A stretch of DNA of 64,000 nt from a virus. Where the stretch lies: IMG/VR virus record IMGVR_UViG_3300024239_000017. One strand, written 5' to 3'. Both the position numbers and the translations under genes were made by a program. The notes under the pieces are model-generated. The model worked only from the letters and a program-made list of their open reading frames with translations, was not told the DNA's origin and did not search any database. This document shows, in pieces, positions 28,768-38,305 of this stretch; the stretch's first letter is position 1; every line of letters begins with the position of its first letter.

Positions 28768-30123
28768 TTACACTATTCCTAAAATTGATTTAATGGTAGA
28801 AAGTTCTGCTGGTGAAGCACTATTTAACATTGTAATTAACATCTGTGCATTTACATTTATTGTTACTGCTTCTCCTGTTATTGAATCTAAAGTTACAAGT
28901 TCGTCTGTAGCACTTGGAGTCATTTTAATAGATAATTGTGTATCTATAATTTCTCCTAAATTTATTTCATTTAAAACGTCTTGTTTTGTTCCTGCTACGT
29001 TGTCTACATATTGTCTTTGTGCATATATTAATTTATCTTCAGGTAGTGTGTCTGAATAATCATATCTGCCTCTTAATCCAATTGATTTTTGTTCTCCATT
29101 CCCATCACCTCTATCATGAATAGTATAAATATCTACATAAGCAAAAGTTAAGCCGCTTACATTATCATAAAAATAAGAAGGACGTATTATAGATTGGATT
29201 AAATTACAATTAGTTTTTGATTGGTCGGCATTTATATATGTAATTTGAAGGTCATCTTCTCCACCGCTAAATGTTGAATATATAATATCTTCTCTGTTAT
29301 AACCTGTGTATGCGCCAACATCGGTAATTAATGCGCCAGTTATAGGATTTCCTTCTTCTGTTCCTGTTAATGGAATAAAATCATTTTTACTATAATCTGC
29401 CAACAATTGACTATTTTCAAGTACATAATTTGCCAACCCAAAATCAGATACAGGACAACTTATTAATTTATAAAATATTCCATCTTTAAAATATAATTCG
29501 AATGAATTATTCAAATAAGTCTCACAATCAGGAATTTGATTTAGAAAATAATTAATATCTTCAATTATAGGAATAGATAATTCTGTAAAAGTTGATGGAA
29601 ATTCTGCAGCAGGTATATTCGTAGGACAATCTATAATTAAATATGAAGAATAACCTCTTTTTATTAAATCTTGTGATGGTTTCAATAGAACATTATCACC
29701 TATCCCTATATTAATATCTGGTGCCACCCAATATCTATATTCATTTACATTATATTCACTAAAAGTTGCTTCTATATATGGAGGCACTTCATATTCTTCC
29801 CATGAATTAAAATTTTTATTTTCATTTATAAGACTTTTATATATACCTGATACATATGTTAAGTTTTTTTCATAATCATCGCTATTATAATAAAATAAAT
29901 CTTCTTCATTATATACATTATCTGGATTATAATCAGGTATTGTTGTATTAGAATTTCCCTCTGTTGAATCTCCCAATGACCATTTTTTAGTAACAGGATC
30001 TACAAATATTATTTTACTATAGTTTTCATTATAATCACTATATTTCGCATTAGTGTTGTCTATATTAAGTTTTCTACAAAGTAACATTTGTAGTTCTCTC
30101 AACATTCTTTTAATCTCGTTCAT
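28768..30123 (-). CDS. Putative tail fibre/spike protein
   Basis: Mosaic, acidic; DFIPLTGT..PITG and YAQRQYVD fibre-like motifs. Confidence 0.45.
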   Translation of the reverse strand: MNEIKRMLRELQMLLCRKLNIDNTNAKYSDYNENYSKIIFVDPVTKKWSLGDSTEGNSNTTIPDYNPDNVYNEEDLFYYNSDDYEKNLTYVSGIYKSLINENKNFNSWEEYEVPPYIEATFSEYNVNEYRYWVAPDINIGIGDNVLLKPSQDLIKRGYSSYLIIDCPTNIPAAEFPSTFTELSIPIIEDINYFLNQIPDCETYLNNSFELYFKDGIFYKLISCPVSDFGLANYVLENSQLLADYSKNDFIPLTGTEEGNPITGALITDVGAYTGYNREDIIYSTFSGGEDDLQITYINADQSKTNCNLIQSIIRPSYFYDNVSGLTFAYVDIYTIHDRGDGNGEQKSIGLRGRYDYSDTLPEDKLIYAQRQYVDNVAGTKQDVLNEINLGEIIDTQLSIKMTPSATDELVTLDSITGEAVTINVNAQMLITMLNSASPAELSTIKSILGIV

Positions 30124-30140
30124 ATTATTTTATTATTAAA

Positions 30141-30395
30141 TTATTCTGTAATACATTCTATAGGATTCATTCCTGTATGACTTACAATAGAGGAAGCTAT
30201 AATTTGAATTACACCATCGTCTATACAATAACCACCTTCTGTATATTCTACACCATACTCATCTATATAAGTAACACTACCACATACTCCAGGACAATTA
30301 TGTGTTGAATCTTCACAATCCCAATGTGCTTGAAAACAATATGTTTGAGTTGGTAAAGTAGGTTTAACTGCGTTATTTATTGTTAATATTGACAT
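30141..30395 (-). CDS. Small Cys-rich protein (MSILTI family)
   Basis: 84 aa, 6 Cys; N-terminus shared with the neighbouring gene. Confidence 0.6.
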   Translation of the reverse strand: MSILTINNAVKPTLPTQTYCFQAHWDCEDSTHNCPGVCGSVTYIDEYGVEYTEGGYCIDDGVIQIIASSIVSHTGMNPIECITE

Positions 30396-30398
30396 ATA

Positions 30399-30821
30399 TT
30401 ATAAACTATTAATATTTATTAAAATTGTTTTTAGTAATACTGGATTACCGTTATTATCATTCTGATCTATAGCGTCTCTATAAATATTCATATTATATGA
30501 AACGTCTACTGCGTTATTACCAGCGTCTGTAGTATCCTTTTCGGTTTTTAAAGTAAGCGTATCATTACTATTAAAAGAATATGTTGTATTATTAACATTT
30601 TCGTATTGCTCGCCATTTTTTGATAACCGTAAATCTAAACCATTTACGCTTACAAGATCAAAAGTTAAGAACATATCACCATTGTAATTAATATAATCAT
30701 TTATGGGTAATGTTGTTTCAAGACTGCATGTTTCCACCTCTCCGTTTCCAATACACATCATAGAATAGTTTAATATACTTGGTGCCTCTTTTTCTGCATT
30801 AGTTATTGTTAATATTGACAT
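30399..30821 (-). CDS. Beta-rich putative structural protein (MSILTI family)
   Basis: N-terminus MSILTITNA shared with 30141..30395. Confidence 0.55.
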   Translation of the reverse strand: MSILTITNAEKEAPSILNYSMMCIGNGEVETCSLETTLPINDYINYNGDMFLTFDLVSVNGLDLRLSKNGEQYENVNNTTYSFNSNDTLTLKTEKDTTDAGNNAVDVSYNMNIYRDAIDQNDNNGNPVLLKTILININSL

Positions 30822-30837
30822 TATTAAATATTTTTAA

Positions 30838-30861
30838 AGCAGGTGATATTTCACACCTGCT
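30838..30861 (-). terminator. Hairpin, weak terminator or stabiliser
   Basis: agcaggtg/cacctgct 8-bp stem. Confidence 0.55.
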
Positions 30862-30868
30862 ATTATTT

Positions 30869-32434
30869 TTATGAACTCCAAACACCGTTAGCTTTTACAT
30901 TATACTGTACTTGATAACTATACAGCGCATCTTGATCTGGTGCTTTATAATATAAAACAAAAGTTATAGGTAGTTCTGTTCCAGATACGTAGTTATTAGT
31001 ATAACCAGAATCTGTATATAATCTACTAGTATCTCCTATAAATCTAACATTCGTTATTGGATCTCCATCTGGGTCAGAATATATAAGATCTAAACTAGAT
31101 AATGTTTTATTTTCTCTATTTGCAAGAGGTAAATTTACATCCTGTGTTATAGGTTCTGAATCAGGTACTGTTACATTTAAAGTATAAGTTGCTGTTGTAC
31201 CATTAACATTTATAGTATACACTAATGTTAATAAAGACCCTCTATAAGATCCGTTGTAATAAACAGGGACGTCTACCGTTGTATTTCCTGGTATTGTTGT
31301 AGTATTAACTGATGCTACAAAATTACTTCCGCTTGAAGTTTCAGTAAATATATTCTGAGCATTTAATACAAAATCAGTATTACAATTATTTACAATTTTT
31401 ATTACTTTAGAAGTTTGTCCTGTGTAATTATAGTCTTTTATAATTGTATCGGTATAATTTATCCCGCTTCCTAATGCTATACAATCTATATACGTATCAT
31501 CTTTCTGTGCAACATTAAATACTATATATCTAGCTATAGTTTCCTCATTATTATCATTTATTATTGAGAAAGATACTTGTTGAGTATATGAGCTATCTAT
31601 ATTATTACCTGTAAATGTTATCAATGAAATATCTGTAACAGGTATCAACATTTCCGTAGAAATAGGAGAACCATTGTAACTTATTCCTGTATAATCTCCT
31701 CCTTTTATTTTAATGTTTGTAGGAAGATGTCCTAAACCATCTGAATATACGTCAGTAAAATTACTTTGTATTAAATTAAGTGAAGATCTATTATTTACAT
31801 TATAATACACATTTGAAGAAAGTATTGGTGTATGAGTATCATCACAATTACAATCTATAGTACATGTTTGTATTATATTACATACGTCTATTTTACTAGA
31901 AGTCATTAAATTAGTAATATAGTCTGCAAAAAAGTCTTGAAATTCTAATGTTGAAAACATTGTTTTTATATACTGCTCAAAAAATACTTTCCATATATTA
32001 GTATTAAAAATATCTTTATTATAGTTTACAAAAAAATCCTTAAATGTTTGATTTTCAAATAATATAATTATATTATCCAATAACCATTCTGTATCAACGC
32101 TAAATTCTATATAATCGCCTTTATTTTCTATTACTATTCCCTCTATACCTGATAATGTTTTGAATTCATGTATGAAAGAGGTTGATAGGCTTTTATATAC
32201 ACCTATTTTATTCCCTATATTTGCTATATGAGTTTCTGGTACTTCCAGGTTTTCTAAAACATTTTTTATATAATCGTTTATGATTTTTAATATTGAATTA
32301 CCATTAGCTCCAGAGTTTATATTTAATGGATCTAATTTATCACCAGTGTAATAAACACATTCTAGGTCTACCTGATTTTCGCAACCAACTATCACAGGTT
32401 TATTACATCCACAATATTTATCTAATTCATCCAT
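30869..32434 (-). CDS. Structural fibre protein with Ig/cadherin-like domains
   Basis: N-terminal CVYYTG motif; two related domains (NRSSLNL..YSDGLG, NRENKTL..YSDPDGDP). Confidence 0.55.
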   Translation of the reverse strand: MDELDKYCGCNKPVIVGCENQVDLECVYYTGDKLDPLNINSGANGNSILKIINDYIKNVLENLEVPETHIANIGNKIGVYKSLSTSFIHEFKTLSGIEGIVIENKGDYIEFSVDTEWLLDNIIILFENQTFKDFFVNYNKDIFNTNIWKVFFEQYIKTMFSTLEFQDFFADYITNLMTSSKIDVCNIIQTCTIDCNCDDTHTPILSSNVYYNVNNRSSLNLIQSNFTDVYSDGLGHLPTNIKIKGGDYTGISYNGSPISTEMLIPVTDISLITFTGNNIDSSYTQQVSFSIINDNNEETIARYIVFNVAQKDDTYIDCIALGSGINYTDTIIKDYNYTGQTSKVIKIVNNCNTDFVLNAQNIFTETSSGSNFVASVNTTTIPGNTTVDVPVYYNGSYRGSLLTLVYTINVNGTTATYTLNVTVPDSEPITQDVNLPLANRENKTLSSLDLIYSDPDGDPITNVRFIGDTSRLYTDSGYTNNYVSGTELPITFVLYYKAPDQDALYSYQVQYNVKANGVWSS

Positions 32435-32444
32435 TTTAGTTATA

Positions 32445-32687
32445 TTAATTATTATTTATAATTTCTTTTAAAGAAAGTATCTCGTTTTCTAATGCACTTA
32501 TTTTATTATCCATCTGTGCAATTTTATTATTTAACTTTGTTAAAAGTAAATTAAGATTTTCTCCCTCTAGATTACCTATTTTATTATATATATCGTCTAC
32601 TATTATACATGTCGAATAATAATAAGCGTCGCATTTCATTTCACTATTGTCTACTGTAGGGATATTTATTTGTGTACATTTATCCAT
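32445..32687 (-). CDS. Small Cys-motif coiled-coil structural protein
   Basis: STCIIV motif plus coiled coil. Confidence 0.5.
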   Translation of the reverse strand: MDKCTQINIPTVDNSEMKCDAYYYSTCIIVDDIYNKIGNLEGENLNLLLTKLNNKIAQMDNKISALENEILSLKEIINNN

Positions 32688-32691
32688 ATTC

Positions 32692-33114
32692 CTATGTGTT
32701 TATTTTTAATTTATCTATTTCGTCTATTAAAGTTTGGAAAAAAGTCTTTAAATTAGCAATGTCATTACCGCAAGGATCTGTAAGACTTTTAAAATCCAAG
32801 TTCATTTCTTGAAAAACATTTACAGATAGTTTATCTTTAATGTCGCATATCTCAGATTCAAACGCATATAATACCTCTTTTGTTTTTAATTTAGGAGACT
32901 GTTGCTGGTATTCTATACAATCATTACCAAGTTCAGATAAATCTAAAGAATCAAGTATTTCTTCCTGATTTCTATATAATTCTTCTGTTGTTTCTTCTAT
33001 TGAGACACAATCTGGATCTAGTTCTGAGTATGAGGGTAAATATCCGATATATTTTGTACAAATTGCAGATACAATAGTACCTGCGCATCTATTCTTTTTA
33101 TTATTACAACACAT
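32692..33114 (-). CDS. Cys-rich structural protein
   Basis: AICTKYIG motif related to CVYYTG. Confidence 0.5.
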   Translation of the reverse strand: MCCNNKKNRCAGTIVSAICTKYIGYLPSYSELDPDCVSIEETTEELYRNQEEILDSLDLSELGNDCIEYQQQSPKLKTKEVLYAFESEICDIKDKLSVNVFQEMNLDFKSLTDPCGNDIANLKTFFQTLIDEIDKLKINT

Positions 33115-33337
33115 TTGTTAAAATTTTGTTTATTATTAATAATATTTTGTCTTTGTCTGTGCTTCTACATAAAATATTATCTAATTCTATAAGGAGTCTT
33201 ATATTATCATAGTCTACACATTTATTTATATCATAGTCTACTATATTGTTGAATATAATTCCTTCTTTTATTAAAAAATCATCTAGTTTATTTTTTGTAA
33301 TAGACACATTATACTCTACTATACTTTGTGCGGACAT
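33104..33337 (-). CDS. Hypothetical structural protein
   Basis: Overlapping-ORF packing in the structural operon. Confidence 0.5.
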   Translation of the reverse strand: MSAQSIVEYNVSITKNKLDDFLIKEGIIFNNIVDYDINKCVDYDNIRLLIELDNILCRSTDKDKILLIINKILTNVL

Positions 33338-33864
33338 CTCTTACAATTTTTACTTTTATCTATAAAATCTATTATATTATTCACTATTTTATTTGCGTCT
33401 GATATAAACCCTTTTCTTATAAAAGCATCTGCTACACTTATTAAATCTCTATACCTAAGTATTTTCTGTGTTAAAATTATATCAGCATCACAATCACTTT
33501 TTATATCGTAATTGTTTATTAATAGTTCGTCTAATTTACTTTGAATTGTTGTTGTTTTAAGATAGAATCTTTTTTTATTGAATCTATCTGGCGATCCTTT
33601 TATAGTTATTTCATATATACCATCAGGTAAGTCATAATACTCTTCTCCACAAGTACCACAATTGAGTTTTAAATTATGTGAATTAAGTATGTTAACACTG
33701 TTTTTTTTATAATTTAATACAACAGGATTTTTCATTCCTGGGGTAATAATTTCTATTATAGATGGTTTATTAGAAATATGTTCCCATACTGAAGTATCTA
33801 AGATGATAATTTTTTTTGGGTCATTAGAATCATATACTTGGAAGTCAAGATCTATATTTCTCAT
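33319..33864 (-). CDS. Putative tail hub-like structural protein
   Basis: DLPDGIYEITI motif, terminal CxxC; synteny. Confidence 0.5.
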   Translation of the reverse strand: MRNIDLDFQVYDSNDPKKIIILDTSVWEHISNKPSIIEIITPGMKNPVVLNYKKNSVNILNSHNLKLNCGTCGEEYYDLPDGIYEITIKGSPDRFNKKRFYLKTTTIQSKLDELLINNYDIKSDCDADIILTQKILRYRDLISVADAFIRKGFISDANKIVNNIIDFIDKSKNCKRCPHKV

Positions 33865-33868
33865 TTTA

Positions 33869-33900
33869 CAAATTTATTAATAATATTTCATTTACACAAA
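33869..33900 (-). promoter_or_regulatory. Promoter with ATG 4 nt downstream
   Basis: TTTG-N20-TAAATTTG-TAAA-ATG. Confidence 0.7.
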
Positions 33901-33916
33901 TGTATTGATTTTGATA

Positions 33917-34519
33917 TTAAAACTCAAAAATCTTATAAGATACCCCTATACCAACGTATACAGGTACTCTTTGAACATTAATATTTTTTTTATCTATATT
34001 TATCTGACCACCAGTACCTAATTGTAATGATAGTGATAATTTTTTACTTCTAGATTTATTTAATTCTTTTATTAATTTAATCTCCTCTGTTTTATTTTTA
34101 ATTATATTATCCTTATAAACTATAATACTATCTTTACTTATTATAACTTTATTTAAGTTATTTTCTATCGTGTCTTTAGTATTCAATGCTTTTTCTAATA
34201 GTGATATTTTATTATTATAACTACTGTATACTGTATCACAATCTTTATTATCTACTATAGGTATTTTATAATCTTTTGCCTTTTTTCTAAGCAAATTTTC
34301 TTCTTTCTTTAAAGGAATATTTTTACTATTTATATTTTTTATGACGTCATATAAGCTATCTATTTTAGCATAAGCTTTTTTGTCTTTAGAATGAATAATT
34401 TTTATCTTTCCCATTATTTCTTTATCTTCCTGAGTTTTTTTACCTACAGAATTTCCAATGTAAAAAGAGATAATTATTGTTACTATTAATATTCCTAATA
34501 TATATAAGTACTTTTTCAT
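33917..34519 (-). CDS. Membrane-anchored coiled-coil protein with C-terminal beta-signal (spanin-like); start re-assigned to 34519
   Basis: MKKYLYILGILIVTIIISFYIG TM, coiled coil, ends YVGIGVSYKIFEF; the upstream codons overlap a terminator. Confidence 0.55.
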   Translation of the reverse strand: MKKYLYILGILIVTIIISFYIGNSVGKKTQEDKEIMGKIKIIHSKDKKAYAKIDSLYDVIKNINSKNIPLKKEENLLRKKAKDYKIPIVDNKDCDTVYSSYNNKISLLEKALNTKDTIENNLNKVIISKDSIIVYKDNIIKNKTEEIKLIKELNKSRSKKLSLSLQLGTGGQINIDKKNINVQRVPVYVGIGVSYKIFEF

Positions 34520-34523
34520 AATT

Positions 34524-34556
34524 AAAAAAGGCGGTAGGAAATCCACCTACCGCCTT
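34524..34556 (-). terminator. Strong terminator after the head operon
   Basis: aaggcggtagg/cctaccgcctt 11-bp stem plus U run. Confidence 0.85.
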
Positions 34557-34571
34557 GTATTTATAAAGTTA

Positions 34572-36518
34572 TTATTTTACTTCAAAATCAATTCCAGCAG
34601 AACCTGCTAGTTTTTGGAATAATTGCTCCATATTATCTGTTCTACCGTAAGGTACTAAAACGTGATAAGTTATGTAAGAATATTCTTTACTATTTATTCC
34701 TGCTTTATTGTCCTTCTCAATTGTAAAGAAAATATCAGAGTACTGTTGTAGACCGTTAAGTCTTGACTTAGAACCTGTTAAATCTCTTTCAACATAAGAT
34801 CTGTATGGTTTTTCATCTAAGAAGTAGAATCTTCCTTTTTGTTCCCATTCTCTTAAGTTTCCACCTAAGTTATCTAAATCTTGTGCTCTTTCTAATTGAA
34901 GAACTCTCCATGTTCCTTTAGGAACTATAGCATTCATTGAATAATCAATTGGATAACCTCCTGATAATGAAATGATTCTAGTAGAAGTCATTACAAATGG
35001 CAGTTCATCTAAAGTATACTCACTTGGATTTAATACAATAGGTTTAGCTTTAATTTCAAAACCACATTTTGTACCTGTTGAAGCTACTTCTGTTGTGTAA
35101 GGATACCAATAATCATTCATTCCGAATCTTACAGGTGCTTCTGAACTAAATACTTGTTGTACAATAGCTTGGTTACATCCTTCACTATAACTGAAATCAG
35201 TAGTAACTGTTGTTTCAAATACTGATACACAATTTTGGTTAAGAACTTGTGTGATTGTTAAATCAGGATAAGCTTCTTGAATGTCAGCCAATCTAGTTCC
35301 GTTACAATCGTCCGCTACCATAATTCTATACTTAGCTGTAGAAGCTGTAAATGTACCACACTCAACCCACGCATGTGTAACAGGCGCCGCTGTACTTTGA
35401 CAGAAAGCTTCTTTTTCACCTAAGAATTTTACAAGTGCAGTAGGATTTGCAGTTTTGAAAGCTGTAATCTCTGCTGAAGTTAATTCTGATGTGAAAGATA
35501 CTAAATAGTGTCCTACTCCAAAATCACTTCCTGTTTTAACTGCTTCTATAACATTTAAAGATAATCCTTCTACTGTAGTAGATAAATCAACTCCTTCGTC
35601 AGATAAAGCAACTCCGTATACAAAAGCAGTCTCAACTAGCTCTGTATTTGCAGGACATTCCTCGCAACCAACTAATACGCTACCTATTGTTTGAGAATAA
35701 GGTGCTGGATTATAAGCAGCAGGAACAGTCATAACAAACTTATCTGTAAAAGTATCTCTTTTAATATCTACTCCTGGATATTGAGCAGAAACCATTGATA
35801 ATTCATGTTCTCCACCGAATCCGCAATATTCTAAACACATTTGCTTATATGCAACAGGAGTTGCGTTAGCTGTAGGTGTATCGAAAATAGGATAAATATC
35901 AAAGAACTGTGATAATTTTTGACCTCCTGGTAAGTCATAATCGTTCAATCTTTTTACCATAGAAAGTGTGTGCTCTCTACAATCTACTGGGTCACAAGGA
36001 GATCCTAGTGAATCGCAAATTGTTTCCAATTCATCGTTGGGAACATTTATAAGTGTTCTAACTGTATAAGTGTCAGTGTTATTGAAGAAAGTTGCAGCAA
36101 TACCTCCGATTGTCATTTGGAATTCTAATGTCTGCCCTTTATGAAACTTAAATGAAGTACTATCTTCTACTCCATCCCAACCTACTCTCCAGTAGTCTAC
36201 TTTTTGCTCTTTTTGTTTAGGGTGAGCTATACCTACTTTTTTTACGTTCTTTAAGGAGAAATCTAATGTTCTAGCATTCTTATCAGATCCCATTCTACCT
36301 GTATCTTTCTTTGTACCGAACATTACAGATAAAAGCTCGTCTTTAGAAATATCACTAAAAGTAGATAATGCTTTTAAACCATTTTTCTTAACTTTTAGTT
36401 TATCTTTTGAAAAGATACCTAAAGTATCTAGAGGTAAATCTAATGAATACCCTGATGTCATTACTGCTCCTGAAGGAGAAACGCCTAAATGACGTACGTC
36501 ACTACCGTGTAAACTCAT
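34572..36518 (-). CDS. Major structural protein, probably auxiliary capsid protein; Cys-rich
   Basis: 648 aa, third gene after MCP as in the crAss-like capsid module. Confidence 0.55.
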   Translation of the reverse strand: MSLHGSDVRHLGVSPSGAVMTSGYSLDLPLDTLGIFSKDKLKVKKNGLKALSTFSDISKDELLSVMFGTKKDTGRMGSDKNARTLDFSLKNVKKVGIAHPKQKEQKVDYWRVGWDGVEDSTSFKFHKGQTLEFQMTIGGIAATFFNNTDTYTVRTLINVPNDELETICDSLGSPCDPVDCREHTLSMVKRLNDYDLPGGQKLSQFFDIYPIFDTPTANATPVAYKQMCLEYCGFGGEHELSMVSAQYPGVDIKRDTFTDKFVMTVPAAYNPAPYSQTIGSVLVGCEECPANTELVETAFVYGVALSDEGVDLSTTVEGLSLNVIEAVKTGSDFGVGHYLVSFTSELTSAEITAFKTANPTALVKFLGEKEAFCQSTAAPVTHAWVECGTFTASTAKYRIMVADDCNGTRLADIQEAYPDLTITQVLNQNCVSVFETTVTTDFSYSEGCNQAIVQQVFSSEAPVRFGMNDYWYPYTTEVASTGTKCGFEIKAKPIVLNPSEYTLDELPFVMTSTRIISLSGGYPIDYSMNAIVPKGTWRVLQLERAQDLDNLGGNLREWEQKGRFYFLDEKPYRSYVERDLTGSKSRLNGLQQYSDIFFTIEKDNKAGINSKEYSYITYHVLVPYGRTDNMEQLFQKLAGSAGIDFEVK

Positions 36519-36538
36519 TTTATTAAATTATTTTATTG

Positions 36539-37207
36539 TTATAAACTTTTTTTGGCAAAAATATTATGAATTTGCCATCTTTCTGAATTATTGTTAATAT
36601 CAAAACCACTTGCTGTGGCAGATAATATTCTATTTATTGCTTTTTCGTCGAAATCAACTTCTTGATTATCATCAAAATCTGATTCTGGATTGTTAGGATC
36701 TATTAAACTGTGTTTTGTTGGGTATCTATAGTAAGATAATATTAAAGAATTCACTGTGAAATCAGTATAAAATACATTTACTGAATTAGATCCTATAGTA
36801 ATAAAAGATTCCCTATATTCAAAACTAGGTGAAGTATTAGAATCGTTGTAATATAAATCTTTTTCGATGTCTAGGACTTCTAAAGGAAGATCTATTTTTC
36901 TGTTTAAACATTCCCCTTTACTACCCAGTGCAAATGCACTGGAGTATAAAAGGTAATCTTTAGGTAATTTAAAAGAAAAATGATCCATTTCTTTTTTACC
37001 TTTATTTATATTTAATTCTTTTACTAATAAATTTTGTATATATCTCATAGATTCTTCATTCTTCAACCCATATATATATTCAGTAAAAGATATTGAATAC
37101 ATATTGAATAGCTCTAAGAATCTCTGTTTGTCAGTACTTATATTATCATTAGTAGAGTTTTTTTCTACCTTCAATAAGTATCTATCATATACCTCAGATA
37201 TTTTCAT
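36539..37207 (-). CDS. Conserved crAss-like capsid-module protein (ring/neck)
   Basis: FKLPKDYL, LSYYRYP motifs; synteny. Confidence 0.55.
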   Translation of the reverse strand: MKISEVYDRYLLKVEKNSTNDNISTDKQRFLELFNMYSISFTEYIYGLKNEESMRYIQNLLVKELNINKGKKEMDHFSFKLPKDYLLYSSAFALGSKGECLNRKIDLPLEVLDIEKDLYYNDSNTSPSFEYRESFITIGSNSVNVFYTDFTVNSLILSYYRYPTKHSLIDPNNPESDFDDNQEVDFDEKAINRILSATASGFDINNNSERWQIHNIFAKKSL

Positions 37208-37210
37208 TAA

Positions 37211-38227
37211 TTAAAAATTTTCTAGAAAATCATTAAGTAAATGCTTATTTTCAGGTTTCATAAATGTTGACGCAATAGATTTAACATTTGAACCTAATAC
37301 TGTGTCATTATAATAATATGAAGAACCTTGTTTAATTACTAATTCTTTTCCTTTTTTAGACTTAAGTTTATCTATAATATCAAATTCCATTTTTAATTCA
37401 GTAGGATTTGTATTATACTTTTCTACCATTTCTATAAACTCTTTTAATTTTAGTTTAAAAGGTTCTATCTTGGTTTTAAAGAAAGTGTTTAACTCAGATT
37501 TAGGTGTGTCCTTTTTAACAGGGATATTTATATAAGAAAGCATGTTAAGAAGTGTTTCTTTATCTTTTCTTAATAAATCACCAAACTGATAAGATGCTTC
37601 CATCTCTATTTCACTTTGCTTTTCTTGTTTAGATTTTCTTTCAGTAATAGAAATATAGGCGTATTGAGCGTCTTGATGGAACATATCTAACTCATCTTTA
37701 AGTCCGATTTCTTTCTCATCTTCACTTCTTTTTCCTTTCATACATAGTTCCCCCTCGGCTATTGCTATATATAGTTTAAATCTTTCTATTGGGTTTGCTG
37801 TATTGAATTGGATACTTTCACCTATGTTAACTGAAAATTGTCCGTTTTTATAGTTTTTATCGAAAAATTCGTCATCTGTTGGAATTTGTATTCTCTCTAT
37901 TTCAGATATATACATTCTAAGAGGTTCTGCAAAAATCTCATAGTATCTTTTTGCCATTTGCTCTCTTTTAACCCAATCAGATTTAAAATCTGTTTTATTG
38001 AAAATTGTACTATTTGAGAAAAATCCTGAGTCTGATTGTGTTAAACTAACTGAGTTACTAACTCCAGGCATTCTTTCTTTTGTTGAACCAAGCTCCTGAT
38101 AAATAGGTGGAGCGTTTAGATTAGGTTCTTTAGCAACCACTTCGTATACTGTATTAGGTTCTATTAAACAACCATTTACTACGATTGGTTCAAATTCGTT
38201 AGGATCTTTTACTAATTTTTTTGCCAT
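37211..38227 (-). CDS. Conserved crAss-like protein following MCP
   Basis: Synteny; C-terminal YYYNDTVLG..F..PEN. Confidence 0.55.
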   Translation of the reverse strand: MAKKLVKDPNEFEPIVVNGCLIEPNTVYEVVAKEPNLNAPPIYQELGSTKERMPGVSNSVSLTQSDSGFFSNSTIFNKTDFKSDWVKREQMAKRYYEIFAEPLRMYISEIERIQIPTDDEFFDKNYKNGQFSVNIGESIQFNTANPIERFKLYIAIAEGELCMKGKRSEDEKEIGLKDELDMFHQDAQYAYISITERKSKQEKQSEIEMEASYQFGDLLRKDKETLLNMLSYINIPVKKDTPKSELNTFFKTKIEPFKLKLKEFIEMVEKYNTNPTELKMEFDIIDKLKSKKGKELVIKQGSSYYYNDTVLGSNVKSIASTFMKPENKHLLNDFLENF

Positions 38228-38263
38228 TGTTCTCTTTTTCTTTTTCTTTTTTTTCTTCTTTTA

Positions 38264-38298
38264 AATATTCCCCCCTCTATTTAAAGAGGGAGGATATT
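38264..38298 (-). terminator. Hairpin downstream of MCP
   Basis: aatattcccccctct/agagggaggatatt imperfect stem. Confidence 0.6.
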
Positions 38299-38305
38299 TT
38301 ATATA

